From the NCBI GenBank assembly GCA_963803275.1, contig CAWDLS010000001.1, forward strand, positions 215,020-279,019: a stretch of DNA of 64,000 nucleotides, written 5' to 3'. Positions within the stretch are counted from its first letter, which is position 1, and every line of letters begins with the position of its first letter. The notes beneath the pieces are model-generated. The model was not told the DNA's origin. It saw nothing but the letters and a program-made list of their open reading frames with translations, and made no database searches. The position numbers and the translations under genes were made by a program. This document shows positions 62,057 through 64,000 of the stretch, piece by piece. This stretch comes from an uncultured Gammaproteobacteria bacterium. GTDB taxonomy: Bacteria > Pseudomonadota > Gammaproteobacteria > UBA9214.

Positions 62057-63037
62057 GTGATAACAGGTTACCCAATTCAGGATGAAACGGCACGGGGTGG
62101 TTGCCTGGCGATTAAGTGGCTGGGGTTGTTGCTGCTGCTGGCTTGCCTGCAATACGCGCAGGCTGCGGGCATACTGGTCGTGGCCAGTTCCGGGGCTGAC
62201 CTGTACAGCCGCTTCATCGAGACCTTCACGGCCAGCCTGGCTACCGGGAATCCTGCAAGCGGCACACCGGAAGTGGCCGTCATCTACCTCGACGAGCGCG
62301 AGGTGACCGGGGACGACCTCGCTGCGAGCAGCGTGACAGTCACCGTAGGCACGCACGCCGCGAGGACCGTGTCCGCGCTCGATCCGGCTGTTCCGGTGCT
62401 GTATACGATTATCCCGGAAAGCGTGTACCGGGAACTGGCATCATCGAGCGGGACATGCACCACGCGATCCGCCATCTTTCTCGACCAGCCACTCGCCCGT
62501 CAGGCCGCCCTGGCGCAGGCGTTGTTCCCCGCAGCCAAGAAGTACGGCGTACTGCTGGGACCGACATCGAGCCAGCGCCAGCCGGAAATCGACGCACTTA
62601 GGAAAGTGACCGACCGGATACTGGTTGTCAATTCTGCCGGTTTTGAAGCTGACATTGCCAAGGCAACCAATGGCCTGCTGTACAGGATAGACCTGCTGCT
62701 TGCAGTCAATGACCCGCTCGTCCTGAACAGGGAAAACGCGAAATGGTTGCTGTACTCGACCTACCAGCACCGCCTGCCGGTCATCGGTTTCTCCAGGGCC
62801 TACGTGAATGCGGGTGCAGCAGGTGCTGTTTTCTCGGAGCCGGAACAGATGGCACGCCAGGCCGCCGAGATGCTACTGCGCCGTACGGCCGATGCGGCCG
62901 CCTGCCTGCCCGCGGCCGGTTTTCCTGTCTATTTCAGTGTTGCCATCAACCAGTCAGTCTGCAACTCACTGGGCGGTGCCATTTGTAACGAGGAAACCCT
63001 GGTCGACCTGGTCACCCGCAAGGAATCCGGCAAATGA
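62057..63037 (+). CDS. ABC-type substrate-binding-like periplasmic protein
   Basis: Signal-like segment; VTVGTHAA, IFLDQP, YGVLLG, LPVIGFSRAYVNAGA..AVFS; no permease or ATPase gene alongside. Confidence 0.8.
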   Translation: MITGYPIQDETARGGCLAIKWLGLLLLLACLQYAQAAGILVVASSGADLYSRFIETFTASLATGNPASGTPEVAVIYLDEREVTGDDLAASSVTVTVGTHAARTVSALDPAVPVLYTIIPESVYRELASSSGTCTTRSAIFLDQPLARQAALAQALFPAAKKYGVLLGPTSSQRQPEIDALRKVTDRILVVNSAGFEADIAKATNGLLYRIDLLLAVNDPLVLNRENAKWLLYSTYQHRLPVIGFSRAYVNAGAAGAVFSEPEQMARQAAEMLLRRTADAAACLPAAGFPVYFSVAINQSVCNSLGGAICNEETLVDLVTRKESGK

Positions 63038-64000
63038 CGCGCCTGCTGAAAAATATCGGTATAGGCAGTCGCACCCTGCTGATATTCGCCATTCCCATGT
63101 TGCTGGTCATTCTCGCGCTGGGATACCGGATCACCACCGGGCATATGGATGATGACAGGGACGCGCTCGATACCCGCGGTACGCTCATGGCCAAGCAGCT
63201 CGCCGCCTTGTGTGAATTCGGACTGTATGCGCAGGACCTCAACGAACTGCGCAAACAGGCGGGAAATATCATTCACGAAGACGACGTGGTAGCCGTGCGG
63301 GTCAGCGATACCAGTGACAAGATACTGGTGGCACTGGGTAACACGGACAATACCGGTAACAGCGGTAACATTGCCGATTTTTCAGCACCGGTCATCCAGA
63401 CCGGCGTAATCATATCCGACTTCGAGCCTGAAGCAGCCGTGACGGATGGCGACGACACCAACCGGAACGCTGTCCTCGGCCATGTCACGGTCAGCCTGTC
63501 CACTGCAGAGCTGCTGCGCAAGCTCGAACACACCCTGCTGTCCGGCAGCATCCTGACCATCGGCGGACTACTGGCAAGCATCCTGCTGGCATACTTCGTT
63601 GCCAGGAGTGTTTCCGGTCCGATAATGCGCCTCACCGGGATAGTGGGGAAACTGACCAGCGGCGATCTCACGGCACGCTGCCGGCAGGGATCGCCGGGCG
63701 AACTGGGCAGCCTGGAAACTGGCATCAACCAGATGGCGGATTCACTGCAGGATGCCCAGAACAAACTGGTGAGCGAAGTCAGGGCCGCCACGGTCGCGCT
63801 GCAACGCACGGTGACCGAACTGGAAACCAAGAATATCGAGCTGGATAATGCGCGCAGTGAAGCCGTACGTGCCGCCGCAGCGAAATCCGACTTTCTCGCC
63901 AGGATGAGCCACGAAATCCGCACCCCGCTGAGTGCAATCATTGGCTTCAACGAACTGCTGGGGAACAGTCACCTGTCAGAAAACCAGCAGGAATATTCAC
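63034..64000 (+). CDS. Membrane sensor histidine kinase (BarA/GacS-like N-terminus), truncated by the window end
   Basis: ATGA overlap with the previous gene; two TM segments, periplasmic loop, HAMP (GELGSLETGINQMA), HisKA (KSDFLARMSHEIRTPLSAIIGF); open to base 64000 so absent from the ORF track. Confidence 0.92.
   Translation, partial: MTRLLKNIGIGSRTLLIFAIPMLLVILALGYRITTGHMDDDRDALDTRGTLMAKQLAALCEFGLYAQDLNELRKQAGNIIHEDDVVAVRVSDTSDKILVALGNTDNTGNSGNIADFSAPVIQTGVIISDFEPEAAVTDGDDTNRNAVLGHVTVSLSTAELLRKLEHTLLSGSILTIGGLLASILLAYFVARSVSGPIMRLTGIVGKLTSGDLTARCRQGSPGELGSLETGINQMADSLQDAQNKLVSEVRAATVALQRTVTELETKNIELDNARSEAVRAAAAKSDFLARMSHEIRTPLSAIIGFNELLGNSHLSENQQEYS

Overview
GC-rich chromosomal window, apparently from a gammaproteobacterium (inferred from the lptD-surA-pdxA-rsmA-apaG-apaH, lgt-thyA-folA, ybeD-lipB-lipA and amgK/murU/hemH gene sets). 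No rRNA, tRNA, CRISPR array or prophage was recognised. Housekeeping blocks alternate with accessory genes. Main non-routine signals: (1) a phosphate-starvation lipid-remodelling module (Agt-like GT4, PAP2, dgkA, PlcP, second GT4) with three visible 11-bp-periodic Pho-box arrays; (2) a ppk1 pseudogene in front of sixA that the ORF track does not show; (3) a bacterial CDP-archaeol-synthase (CarS/DUF46)-like gene tail-to-tail with a metallophosphoesterase; (4) a LuxR response regulator, TonB-dependent receptor, orphan substrate-binding protein and sensor kinase cluster that looks like a trans-envelope signalling system; (5) a GCS2-type ligase paired with an M14 peptidase; (6) a decaying block at 51.9-55.9 kb (rlmI-like gene with about six frameshifts, GT2 and VTT remnants around an intact ArnT-like gene); (7) a RAYT-type transposase fragment with scattered REP/MITE-like inverted repeats. 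All family calls are from manual motif recognition; no database search was run.
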